42,375 bases of DNA from Candidatus Angelobacter sp. Its GTDB lineage: Bacteria > Acidobacteriota > Terriglobia > Terriglobales > Acidobacteriaceae. Every line of letters starts with the position of its first letter. Positions within the stretch are counted from its first letter, which is position 1. The notes under the pieces are model-generated. The model did not search any database. It saw nothing but the letters and a program-made list of their open reading frames with translations, and was not told the DNA's origin. Where the stretch lies: the NCBI GenBank assembly GCA_036522215.1, contig DATDGH010000109.1:1-42375 (forward strand), read 5' to 3'. Of this stretch, positions 32,113-41,374 are shown piece after piece. Position numbers and translations under genes: made by a program.

Positions 32113-32787
32113 TCAGACTTTTTGCAGGGTGGCTTCGGTTGCCAGTTTCAGCAAACGCCGCGTGTTCTCCCTGGGATTACCTTGACCGAAGACAGCATTT
32201 CCGGAAACCAGGACCTCAACGCCGGCGCGTACTGCTTCGCCGATGGTTTCTGGCCCGATTCCGCCGTCAATTTCAATCCTGAAATTGGCATTCCTCTGAG
32301 CACGCATCATTACCAGCCTGCGTACCTTGTCCAGCGCGAAGGGAATGAATTTCTGACCGCCAAAACCTGGATTCACTGACATCACCAGGACGTGGTCCAC
32401 CATTTCCAGCACTTCGGTCAACATCTCTACTGGAGTGGCCGGGTTGATCACCACCCCTGCATTCACGTTGTGGTCCCGGATATGGTCCAGTGTGCGATGC
32501 AGGTGGATGCAGGCCTCCTGATGCACTGAAATCCAGTCCGCTCCCGCGTCCGCAAAGGCAGGAATGTATTGGTCGGCATTCTCAATCATCAGGTGTACAT
32601 CCAAAGGCAAACGAGTCGCCTTTCTTAACGATGCCACCACCGGCGGACCGATGGTGATGTTAGGGACGAAATGACCATCCATGACATCCACATGCAAAAG
32701 GGTCGCGCCACCCTCCTCCACCGCCTGAACAGCCTCGGCTAAGTGGGCAAAGTCCGCTGACAGAATGGATGGGGCCAGTTCAATCAA
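32113..32787 (-). CDS. rpe: Ribulose-phosphate 3-epimerase
   Basis: APSILSADF, HVDVMDGHFVPN, MSVNPGFGGQKF and IEIDGGI are canonical Rpe motifs. Confidence 0.96.
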   Translation of the reverse strand: MIELAPSILSADFAHLAEAVQAVEEGGATLLHVDVMDGHFVPNITIGPPVVASLRKATRLPLDVHLMIENADQYIPAFADAGADWISVHQEACIHLHRTLDHIRDHNVNAGVVINPATPVEMLTEVLEMVDHVLVMSVNPGFGGQKFIPFALDKVRRLVMMRAQRNANFRIEIDGGIGPETIGEAVRAGVEVLVSGNAVFGQGNPRENTRRLLKLATEATLQKV

Positions 32788-32905
32788 AACGATTGTCTCT
32801 CGCCGAAAGTTACCAAAATTCTAGCACGTCTGGGGACGCAAAGACCTTGAATTTGCCCGATTCGACTCGCTTGGGCGCACGGCCCTTGTACTTAGTCCTT
32901 TAGCT

Positions 32906-33313
32906 TTAAAGGGATAATACTGAAAGGGCGGGGACGAGTTGGAAGTGACGAATATTTCTCGTTCCCACGGTGTAATCAAGTTCCAAAGCAGTGACTCCGA
33001 TCAATAGATCAGCCAGAGGGACCTTGACCCCTTGGGCTTGGCAGTATCCGTCGATCTGGCCTGCTCGCAACGCAATTGCCGTTGTAATGGAATAGATCGG
33101 CAGTGCCAGCAGCAGTTCATCAATGAACTGCTGCCGCTTGACCTTTCGTTGCGGTGTGTCAGCGCGCTCTGCTCCATGAGCTAACTCCAGCAGCGTAATT
33201 ACAGAAATAGCGATTTCTGTATTGCCAAGTCGGGCAGAAAGACCAGCCAGCATTTGGCGGGCGTTGTTGCCCTGGCGCTCTGCCGAGACCAGGACGCTGG
33301 AATCCAATATCAC
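32906..33313 (-). CDS. vapC: Type II toxin VapC (PIN domain)
   Basis: ILDSSVLV at the N-terminus plus downstream acidic residues of the PIN fold. GTG 33313 gives a GTGA overlap with the antitoxin stop. The ORF-track start at 33319 is 2 codons upstream. Confidence 0.85.
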   Translation of the reverse strand: MILDSSVLVSAERQGNNARQMLAGLSARLGNTEIAISVITLLELAHGAERADTPQRKVKRQQFIDELLLALPIYSITTAIALRAGQIDGYCQAQGVKVPLADLLIGVTALELDYTVGTRNIRHFQLVPALSVLSL

Positions 33314-33588
33314 TCCCACTTTGGTGGTTCTGCCGGTTCGAGGTGGCTTGCGACAACAGCCTCAACATCTTTAGCGAAAGCATCGTCAATAGTAGCCGTG
33401 GAGTCTTCAGACAGGAGAGCCATGCATTCGGAGATGGTACGGCGGGAGGGTGCGGGTGCTCGCAGCACAGCGACGGGCAGCTTATCGTGCTCAATCACAA
33501 TCTCGGCTCCTGCGCGTACACGGGCAAGTAGCGAGGCGAAGTTCCTCGCTGCCTCGGCCTCCGAAATGTGGATTACATGATCAGCCAT
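33310..33588 (-). CDS. Antitoxin, Phd/YefM-like (VapB role)
   Basis: Small ORF overlapping vapC. ISEAEAARNFASLLARVRAGAEIVIEHDKLPVAVL matches the Phd/YefM N-terminal pattern. The start is ATG 33588 or GTG 33606. Confidence 0.75.
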   Translation of the reverse strand: MADHVIHISEAEAARNFASLLARVRAGAEIVIEHDKLPVAVLRAPAPSRRTISECMALLSEDSTATIDDAFAKDVEAVVASHLEPAEPPKWE

Positions 33589-33678
33589 GGGGCGATTATA
33601 AAACACCTGTATTTCTCTTCACATATCGTGACTTATCTTACCTTCGAGTCCTGCACAACTCCGTGGTAGCTTTAGTCC

Positions 33679-34476
33679 ATGCCGCTGGTTGAGATACGTG
33701 ACTTGGTCAAGGTCTACAAGACAGACGAAGGAGTCTTCGGAAAGGCCGAGCGAGAAGTCCGGGCGGTCAACGGTGTTTCACTGGACATTCATGCCGGGGA
33801 GACGCTGGGCCTGGTAGGCGAGTCAGGATGCGGCAAAAGCACTCTGGGACGCATGATTCTGCGCCTGATTGAAGCTACCTCAGGCAGCATTCGCTTTGAT
33901 AGTCAGGACGTTTTGACTGCTTCTTCGACTCTTCTGCGGCGCTTGCGCCGCGACATGCAGATCATCTTCCAGGACCCGTTTGCCTCCCTCAATCCGCGCA
34001 TGAAGATCGAGGAAATCATCTCGGAACCGCTGGTAATTCACTCTGAAAATGGGAGACCGTCAAAGATCACGTTACGTGAAAAAGCACTGGAGATGCTGCA
34101 AGCCGTGGGGCTCGAGGAGGAGGTATTGCGGCGATATCCACACGAGTTCTCCGGCGGACAACGCCAGCGCATCGGCATTGCACGCGCCCTGATGCTTCAT
34201 CCCAGATTCATCGTTTGTGACGAGCCGGTATCCGCACTGGACGTTAGCGTGGGAGCACAAATCGTGAATCTGCTGAAAAGTCTGCAGCGCGAATTTGGTT
34301 TGACCTATCTGTTTATCTCTCACTCCATGCCTGTGGTGCGGTACCTGAGCGATCGCATCGCGGTCATGCGCGCGGGAGAAATTGTAGAAATCGGCACATC
34401 GGAAGAGATCACCTCCCGGCCACAGCACGAATACACACGCAGCCTGCTGGCGGCGACTCCGGAAGTACAGGTCTAG
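33679..34476 (+). CDS. ABC transporter ATP-binding protein, oligopeptide/dipeptide (OppF/DppF) type, orphan
   Basis: Walker [10 protein letters not shown], signature [15 protein letters not shown], Walker [13 protein letters not shown] and a C-terminal oligo_HPY-like region. No cognate Opp permease or binding protein is adjacent. Confidence 0.9.
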   Translation: MPLVEIRDLVKVYKTDEGVFGKAEREVRAVNGVSLDIHAGETLGLVGESGCGKSTLGRMILRLIEATSGSIRFDSQDVLTASSTLLRRLRRDMQIIFQDPFASLNPRMKIEEIISEPLVIHSENGRPSKITLREKALEMLQAVGLEEEVLRRYPHEFSGGQRQRIGIARALMLHPRFIVCDEPVSALDVSVGAQIVNLLKSLQREFGLTYLFISHSMPVVRYLSDRIAVMRAGEIVEIGTSEEITSRPQHEYTRSLLAATPEVQV

Positions 34477-34613
34477 GGCTTTGCTTCGAGTTTTATTTGG
34501 AGCACAGCGAGAAACCCTAACGTGCTTTTCATTTTCGGGCGTCAGCCCTGAAGAGGAATCGCGGAAATAGGGCCTCTCACTGCCGTTCGAGGTGAACTAC
34601 AAAACACCAAAAC

Positions 34614-34635
34614 CACTGTTCGTTTCCGAACAGTG
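34614..34635. promoter_or_regulatory. Perfect 9-bp inverted repeat CACTGTTCG-TTTC-CGAACAGTG upstream of the ADOP permease
   Basis: Read directly from the sequence. It lies 139 nt upstream of the permease ATG and is not followed by a T-run, so an operator or RNA hairpin is more likely than a terminator. Confidence 0.45.
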
Positions 34636-34773
34636 CAATTCCATAGCCGAACGCTCGCCAGTTTTGATCCCGCTGCCAAACTCGTTGCAGCTAACAACTT
34701 AACCTGGTTAGGCCATGGAAGGTGAATTGCACAATCAAAACCGAAAATGTTTCCTTTCTAGGATGGGATTGCC

Positions 34774-37212
34774 ATGCGGAGTTGGTTTCATGACGTTCGC
34801 TACGGATTGCGCACCTTGCTGCGGGTGCCGGCTTTTACGGTTTTGGCGGTGCTCACGCTCGCGCTGGGTATTGGGGCCAACACCACGATTTTCAGCTGGA
34901 TCAACTCGACTCTACTGAATCCTATTCCTGGCGCCACTCGCGCAGAAGAGCTGTTGTCTCTTACTCGCGGAGGGGACGCCGAGACTCCATACCCATTCTC
35001 TTACCCCGACTACGCAGACTTGCGCGATCAGAATCACAGCTTCTCCGGCGTCACTGCCTTTTCTATTGAATCCATGACCCTGACGGGAACCGGGCACGCA
35101 GAACGAGTGTGGGGTTCCCTGGTATCCGCGAACTATTTTGATGTGCTGGGTGTAAAGGCCGTGCTGGGCCGCGTATTTTTACCTGATGAGGAGCAAAAAG
35201 CTGGAGGCGCGCCCTTCGTCGTGATCAGTTACAGTTTCTGGCAAACCCGCTATGGAGCAGCTCCCTCCATCATCGGTACCTCAATCAATATAAATCAGCA
35301 CCCATACACCATTGTTGGAGTTGCTCCCCCGCGATTTCAGGGAAGCCAGACCGGGTTGCGGTCCGACATGTGGATTCCGGTTGTGATGCAGCAGCAGATC
35401 CTTAGCGCTGAAGACATTCTGCACCGGCGTGATGAGTCGTGGCTTCTTGTGATGGGACGACTGAAACCCGGCGTGACTCAACAGCAGACACATGAGGACG
35501 TGAACATCCTGATGCAGCGAATTGCCGCGCAGTACCCGGATACGCACAAAGGGCACGATACGGTAACGGTCCATCCGCTGTGGCGGGCTCCCTTCGGGGC
35601 CAACGGTTATCTCTACGTTCTTCTGCCCATGTTGCTGGCAATTGCCGGAGTAGTGCTGCTGCTGGCCTGCACCAATGTGGCCAACCTGCTGCTGGTGCGT
35701 TCCGTTGCCAGGAGGCGCGAGATTGCCATTCGTTTGTCTCTGGGAGCCAGCCGCTGGCGACTAGTGCGGCAGTTATTGCTGGAGAGCATGCTGCTGGCCT
35801 TGCTGGGTGGTTTAGTGGCTCTGCTTATTACGGTCTGGACTGCAGGCACCTTTTTGAAGTTTATTCCCCGCTCAGAGCTTCCCATCGTCATGGACATCCA
35901 TATAGATCGCGCGGTGCTCCTGGCCACCTTGGTCATCTCTATTTTTACTGGACTGATCTTCGGGATTCTTCCTGCTTTGCGTTCGTCGCGCCTGGCGCCG
36001 CTGGCGGTGTTGAAAGAAGAGAGTAGCGGCGCATCCAGCGCACTGCACAAAGCACGTCTCTCCAGCGGGCTGGCGGTCGTCCAGATTTCTCTTTCGCTGG
36101 TCCTGCTGATTTGCTCCGGGCTCTTTATCCGCAGCTTCCAGGCTGCGCAAGGGTTTGATCCGGGCTTCAATTCTGAGCATGTTTTACTCGGTTCTTACGA
36201 TTTACTGCCATCCGCCTACACTCAGGAGCAAGGTCTGGAATTTGACCGGCAGTTATTGGCCAAGCTGCAAGCCCAGCCCGGCGTCCAATCGGTAACCCTT
36301 GCCAACCGTGTCCCTCTCGGCTACACCTTCAGCTCGACCACGGTGAAGATTCAGGGTTATACCCCCAAGCCTGATGAATCAATGGACATTGAGGACAACT
36401 TCGTCGGTCCCGGCTATCTGCGCACCATGCAAATCCCCCTAGTTGCCGGACGCGAATTCACATTCAATGACACCCCCAAGTCACAGCTGGTATTAGTGGT
36501 GAATCAGGCGCTGGTTGATCGTTATTGGCCTCACCAGGAGGCGATTGGCAAGCATATCTCCATTCAGGATAAAACGTTCTCCGTTATCGGAGTCGCCCGC
36601 AACAGCAGCTACACTGAGTTGCACGAGGACCCAAAACCTTTCCTCTATATGCCCTTCCTTCAGGAGTACTCCCGTTCAACCGTTGTCCACGTGCGCGTGG
36701 CAGGTGATCCGGAGGCCTTCGCCCCGGTGATGGAGAAGACCATCCATGAACTCAACGCTGATCTGGCGGTGTTTGACGTGAATACGCTCAGCTCGTGGAC
36801 CCAGAACGCCACCACCGGCGAACGCATTGCCGGAACTTTTGTTGGCGCCTTTGGATTGTTGGCACTGGCACTCGCCGCCGTGGGAATTTACGGAGTGGTC
36901 GCCTATACTACCCGCCAGCGCACGCGTGAAATCGGTATTCGCATGGCGCTCGGGGCCGGGCGATTCAATATCCTTCGCCTGGTGCTCAATCATGGCCTGA
37001 CGCTGACAGCCCTGGGCATGCTCATCGGCCTGGCGGCCGCATGGGCTCTGACGCGTTTCCTTAAGAGTTTGCTTTTCGGGATTTCATCCACTGACGCATT
37101 GACTTTCGTCTGCGTCACCTTGCTGCTCTGCACCGTGGCGCTGCTGGCCTGCTATCTGCCGGCGCGCCGCGCGACTCGCGTAGACCCGATCATCGCCTTG
37201 AGGTATGAATGA
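34774..37212 (+). CDS. ADOP-family duplicated FtsX/MacB-like ABC permease
   Basis: 812 aa. The N-terminus MRSWFHDVRYGLRTLLRVPAFTVLAVLTLALGIGANTTIFS is the hallmark ADOP leader. Two MacB_PCD + FtsX modules, ending RATRVDPIIALRYE. Confidence 0.92.
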   Translation: MRSWFHDVRYGLRTLLRVPAFTVLAVLTLALGIGANTTIFSWINSTLLNPIPGATRAEELLSLTRGGDAETPYPFSYPDYADLRDQNHSFSGVTAFSIESMTLTGTGHAERVWGSLVSANYFDVLGVKAVLGRVFLPDEEQKAGGAPFVVISYSFWQTRYGAAPSIIGTSININQHPYTIVGVAPPRFQGSQTGLRSDMWIPVVMQQQILSAEDILHRRDESWLLVMGRLKPGVTQQQTHEDVNILMQRIAAQYPDTHKGHDTVTVHPLWRAPFGANGYLYVLLPMLLAIAGVVLLLACTNVANLLLVRSVARRREIAIRLSLGASRWRLVRQLLLESMLLALLGGLVALLITVWTAGTFLKFIPRSELPIVMDIHIDRAVLLATLVISIFTGLIFGILPALRSSRLAPLAVLKEESSGASSALHKARLSSGLAVVQISLSLVLLICSGLFIRSFQAAQGFDPGFNSEHVLLGSYDLLPSAYTQEQGLEFDRQLLAKLQAQPGVQSVTLANRVPLGYTFSSTTVKIQGYTPKPDESMDIEDNFVGPGYLRTMQIPLVAGREFTFNDTPKSQLVLVVNQALVDRYWPHQEAIGKHISIQDKTFSVIGVARNSSYTELHEDPKPFLYMPFLQEYSRSTVVHVRVAGDPEAFAPVMEKTIHELNADLAVFDVNTLSSWTQNATTGERIAGTFVGAFGLLALALAAVGIYGVVAYTTRQRTREIGIRMALGAGRFNILRLVLNHGLTLTALGMLIGLAAAWALTRFLKSLLFGISSTDALTFVCVTLLLCTVALLACYLPARRATRVDPIIALRYE

Positions 37213-37313
37213 ATCGAAGAATCGGGTGATCTGAAAATCAAAATACATTACTACGGATGAACCTGACCTCACCGATTTTCAATGATTCTTTGCGAGAATC
37301 TTTAGGCGCCGGG

Positions 37314-38444
37314 TCATTCTTTCCATCTAGGCGGTTCAGCCGCAGCGGCCGGCTCGGGATGGGGCGCCGACTCCACAATAATTGGCTGCGCCTTGCGCAA
37401 ATCGTGTTTGCCGGTATCGTTCTTGGGATCGGCGCGTTCCACGGGCCGTGAGCGCTCGTCATACTTGCCGAAAATCATCTTGCCCGCCGTAGTTTGAAGG
37501 ACGGAGGTCACGGCAATATCCACATTCTTCCCGATCAGCTTGCGCGCGTTGTCCACAACCACCATGGTGCCGTCATCCAGATAAGCAACGCCCTGGTTGT
37601 ACTCTTTGCCTTCCTTGAGGATGAAGACGCGCATGGTTTCCCCCGGCAGCACAATGGGTTTCAGCGCGTTGGCCAATTCGTTGATGTTCAAAACCTCAAC
37701 GCCCTGGAGTTGGGCCACCTTGTTGAGGTTGAAATCATTGGTGATGATCTTTGCCTCATAGGCTTTGGCCAGTTCAATCAGCTTGAGGTCGACTTCGCGG
37801 ATGGTGGGAAAATCATCTTCCACAATCTGCACGTTGACGGTAACGATCTTCTGAACGCGTTGCAGGACGTCCAGCCCGCGGCGTCCGCGATTGCGCTTGA
37901 GCGAATCGGCAGAATCGGCCACTAGTTGCAACTCCCGCAGCACAAACTGCGGAATCACAAGGATCCCGTCCAGAAATCCGGTTTCGGCGATATCGGCTAT
38001 GCGGCCGTCGATAATGACGCTGGTATCCAGGATCTTAAAGCTCTTCCGCGACTGCTTTTCCGCGCCAAAGATTCCGCCCAGGGCCGCCAGGTTGAGTAAA
38101 TCGCCCTTGTTGGCCCCCACAATCAGACCCACGTAGGACATCAACAGCATGACGATGAGCTGGAGAAAGCGCTGGGTACTATCGTGGGCAATGCTGTTGC
38201 GGATAACCAGGCTGAAGAGATAGGCGCCCAGTATGCCAAGGATGCTGCCAATCACTGCGCCGATCAGCCGCTTGAGGCTTACGATGCGCAGACGCGCTTC
38301 GAAGGCAACAATAGCGAGACCCAGCCCAATGCCGGCCAAGGTCGACACCGCCGCCGGAAATTTTGACAATCCGAAGGGCTGAAGTTCGTAACACGCAACG
38401 GCAACAACTGCAATAAAGACAAAACGAATAAGCCAGAGGTCCAT
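37314..38444 (-). CDS. PIN/TRAM domain membrane protein (YacL-like)
   Basis: About four N-terminal TM helices, a PIN domain ([38 protein letters not shown]) and a C-terminal TRAM domain ([30 protein letters not shown]...). Confidence 0.85.
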   Translation of the reverse strand: MDLWLIRFVFIAVVAVACYELQPFGLSKFPAAVSTLAGIGLGLAIVAFEARLRIVSLKRLIGAVIGSILGILGAYLFSLVIRNSIAHDSTQRFLQLIVMLLMSYVGLIVGANKGDLLNLAALGGIFGAEKQSRKSFKILDTSVIIDGRIADIAETGFLDGILVIPQFVLRELQLVADSADSLKRNRGRRGLDVLQRVQKIVTVNVQIVEDDFPTIREVDLKLIELAKAYEAKIITNDFNLNKVAQLQGVEVLNINELANALKPIVLPGETMRVFILKEGKEYNQGVAYLDDGTMVVVDNARKLIGKNVDIAVTSVLQTTAGKMIFGKYDERSRPVERADPKNDTGKHDLRKAQPIIVESAPHPEPAAAAEPPRWKE

Positions 38445-38716
38445 AAGGACCCTCCCAGACCGGGTGCTGCTGGTCCAAGGTTATGAAAATGACAAAGTGA
38501 CTATGTCCGCAGTACCCGCAAGTAAGTGGCTGCCCCCGCAGCCCACAAGTTCGGAACCGTATTAGCGATAAATCCGCTCCGCTTGTGAATTCCGCGCCAG
38601 TATACATCAGACGGGCCTGACTGCACGCTCCTAATTAGTTAGCGACTAAGTAAATACAGGTGCGGGTTTGTTATTGACCTGCGCACCCTGCCGGGTCATC
38701 TTCGAAAGACAAGATT

Positions 38717-38743
38717 CCGCAGATGGTCTGCGGTGTTGTTTGG
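38717..38743 (+). terminator. Terminator-like hairpin 1 (CCGCAGA-TGG-TCTGCGG + TGTTGTTTGG)
   Basis: 7-bp perfect stem followed by a T-rich tract on the plus strand. No plus-strand CDS upstream. Confidence 0.4.
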
Positions 38744-38796
38744 CCTGATGTAGATGAGCGGCCTGGTTCTCCCCGCGCTCCGGGAAGAACATGAGA

Positions 38797-38843
38797 ACCG
38801 GCGCCTGAAAAATTCTCGGGGGAGAACAGGCGCCGGTGTTTTT
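38797..38843 (+). terminator. Terminator-like hairpin 2 (11-bp perfect GC-rich stem + GTTTTT)
   Basis: ACCGGCGCCTG (38797-38807) pairs with CAGGCGCCGGT (38827-38837) around a 19-nt loop, then GTTTTT. Alternative pairings exist with 38766-38775. Confidence 0.55.
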
Positions 38844-39151
38844 CAGGCCTTACTTAATTCTCAACGCTTCCCGCGCACCATCCAGGGATGCGGCAAGCGC
38901 CGCAGGGCTCAACACAAGCAATCCAAAAAAATGCTGAATATTCTTTAAGCTGTAACAACAAAAGGAGTTGATGCGTTCTGCGCGCGAATTTCTCCGTCCC
39001 CGGAAGTAGTGAGTAACCCTCTGCACAACCGTAACATTGCTTAAGTTCGCTGATTTGTGCGAGAGTATCAAATTCCGTGAGAAATCTGCCGATAGCAAAA
39101 TTCAGGCAACGGAATTATTTTTCGAGCATCTGAGGCAACTGGAGCTGATCC

Positions 39152-39619
39152 ATGGCAAAGACGAACAATCCACCAACTTACGATGAAGCAGTCGCGTGGC
39201 TTCGCGATCACGGCTTCGACATTCTGGACGCGCCCGGCACGCAGAACCGCGTCTTCCTGAAAAAACTGAATGTCTCCGCCGCCATCGAAAAAGCCGACGA
39301 CGGCAGCACACGCGTGTTTGCCCGGCCTGGTTATCTGCTCAGCGGTGAGATTTCCCGCCTGGTGGACAAGGGTTATCAGAAATTTTTGAAGAGCAGCAAG
39401 GCTGAGGTACCTGCCACAGCCGACCACTTGAAGGCTCTGCATCAATTCTCGGAAGAATTACGCGAAGCCATGGGCGGAGTCAGCCTCTACAACGAATCGC
39501 TCGGTACCGTGAGCGATCGTTACATGTATGACCGCGTAGAAGACCGCGATCTGCCGCAGTCACAGCGACCCAAGCGCGCGTGGGAAAGTGGAGACGATAC
39601 TGACCGTCGTCGCGCTTAG
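39152..39619 (+). CDS. Hypothetical protein
   Basis: 155-aa ORF with an ATG start and balanced, protein-like composition. No recognisable motif. Confidence 0.55.
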   Translation: MAKTNNPPTYDEAVAWLRDHGFDILDAPGTQNRVFLKKLNVSAAIEKADDGSTRVFARPGYLLSGEISRLVDKGYQKFLKSSKAEVPATADHLKALHQFSEELREAMGGVSLYNESLGTVSDRYMYDRVEDRDLPQSQRPKRAWESGDDTDRRRA

Positions 39620-39690
39620 TAGAATTTCGCGTTCCCACGATTCTGTATACAGGTTTAAGAAAAGACGGTGGGCAGCAAACTAAGAACACA

Positions 39691-41313
39691 TTAAGTGCTG
39701 GCCGCTCTTTTCCTCTCCTTCCACCTCACATTGAAAACGTCCAGCGGCGTGGAACGACCCTTGACCTTTAACGGCGGCAGCGCTTCCAGTTGAAACTTGT
39801 CTCCCAACTCTCCTGCGGTTGAGTCTGAAATCAGAATCTGATCACCGGCGGCATTGGATGCAAGCCGGGAAGCGATATTCACGGTGTCACCAATCACGGT
39901 GTAGTCAATCCGCCGCAGCGACCCGATATTGCCGGCGGTCACAATCCCGCTATTGATGCCAATTCCCACCCGCAATTCCGGCCAGCGCCGCGCGCCTGCA
40001 TCGCGGTTCATCTCCATCAGCAGCTTCTGGATCTGAATGGCGGCCTCGACGCAATGAGCGGCATCATCGCCCTTGGAGATGGGAGTTCCAAATACGGCCA
40101 TGACCGCATCGCCAATGTATTTGTCGAGCATTCCGCGGTAATCGAAGATCACATCGGTAACGCGACTGAAATATTCATTCAGGATTTCTACCACGCGCTC
40201 CGGCTCCATGTTCTGGCTCATGGGAGTAAAGTTGCGGATGTCAGCGAACATCACCGTTACTCTCTGATTCACGCCGCCGAGCTGCACCTTGGGATTGGCG
40301 ACCACCATCTCCGCCACTTCCGGAGACAAAAAACGCTCCAGGGCGGATCGCTGCCGGGCCTGCTGCGCGATTTTCTGGTGGGCCAGCGCGTTGTCAATGG
40401 CTGCGCCCCCCTGCGCCGCCAACAGCGCAAACACATTTAACTCTTCCTGGGTGAACGCGCAGGTCCTCTCCAGGTTGTCGACGTAGAGAATCCCGAACAG
40501 CTGGTTGTTCCCCAGCAGCGGCGCACACATGGCTGAACGCAGCCCGGAAATCCTGATGCTCTCGCTGCCACTGAATCGCTCATCGGCTCTTACGTCGTCA
40601 ATCAGAATCGGCCGTTGATCTTTGTAGATCACCTCAAGAACGCTGCTGCTGAGAATGACCGGCTGATTGGCCGCGTTCCCGGGATCACGGTAGCGGAATT
40701 CGCTCTGGCGCAAGACCCGGCCGGACTCGTCAAAAAGCATGACAAAGCCGCGCTCTACGCCTTCAATGCGAAAAGCCAGCGAAATAATCTGCTCACTGAT
40801 GTCCTCAACGGACAACTTGGCATTCAACGCCTGGCCGGCATCGTAGAGCACGGTGAGCAGGTAGTTTTCACGTTCCAGTTTCTTGATACGCTGAATCAGG
40901 TCAGCCAGGGCGCTATCTGTGGCCGTGACTTTATCCGGAGTGACAATCCGCTCGCCGCCCCCGTGGATGATGTGATCGATGGTTGTCGGAATCTCCGCCT
41001 TGCGCACCTGGATGCCTTTATCATCTACGCTCTCCATGCGCACCTGATAACGGCCGAGTAGGGCGACATCGCCGCTCTTCAGTTCAGTTTCAGCGGTAAT
41101 GCGCTCACCATTCAGGACCACGCCGTTGGTGCTGCTGCGATCGGCAATCACAACTGTGTTGTCGCTGAGTTTTACCACAGCATGAAAGCGGCTGACGCTG
41201 GGATCGTTCAACACCAGATCATTGGCATTCCCACGCCCGATGGTGACCACCGGCTTGTTGAGCTCCAGGATGCCCCTCTTGCCGTCGGGCGCCGAGATAA
41301 TCAGCCGGGACAT
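39691..41313 (-). CDS. FHA-GAF-adenylate/guanylate cyclase (class III)
   Basis: N-terminal FHA domain (TIGRGNANDLVLNDPSVSRFHAVV), a central GAF domain and a C-terminal cyclase domain (VTVMFADIRNFT...KYIGDAVMAVFG...GINSGIVTAGNIGS...YTVIGDTVNIASRL). Confidence 0.9.
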   Translation of the reverse strand: MSRLIISAPDGKRGILELNKPVVTIGRGNANDLVLNDPSVSRFHAVVKLSDNTVVIADRSSTNGVVLNGERITAETELKSGDVALLGRYQVRMESVDDKGIQVRKAEIPTTIDHIIHGGGERIVTPDKVTATDSALADLIQRIKKLERENYLLTVLYDAGQALNAKLSVEDISEQIISLAFRIEGVERGFVMLFDESGRVLRQSEFRYRDPGNAANQPVILSSSVLEVIYKDQRPILIDDVRADERFSGSESIRISGLRSAMCAPLLGNNQLFGILYVDNLERTCAFTQEELNVFALLAAQGGAAIDNALAHQKIAQQARQRSALERFLSPEVAEMVVANPKVQLGGVNQRVTVMFADIRNFTPMSQNMEPERVVEILNEYFSRVTDVIFDYRGMLDKYIGDAVMAVFGTPISKGDDAAHCVEAAIQIQKLLMEMNRDAGARRWPELRVGIGINSGIVTAGNIGSLRRIDYTVIGDTVNIASRLASNAAGDQILISDSTAGELGDKFQLEALPPLKVKGRSTPLDVFNVRWKERKRAAST

Positions 41314-41374
41314 AAGTCAGTTAGTTCTTTGCAGATGTTGCTTTAGCCGGAGGCTAAGGGCCAATGGCTCTCCT

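Noticed and set aside
38179-38607. 142-aa minus-strand ORF overlapping the 5' end of the yacL-like gene, plus small ORFs at 38754-38948 and 38850-39098
   Set aside because: They are out of frame with a well-supported PIN-TRAM gene or run straight through strong hairpins. They are Cys/Arg-rich with no motifs.
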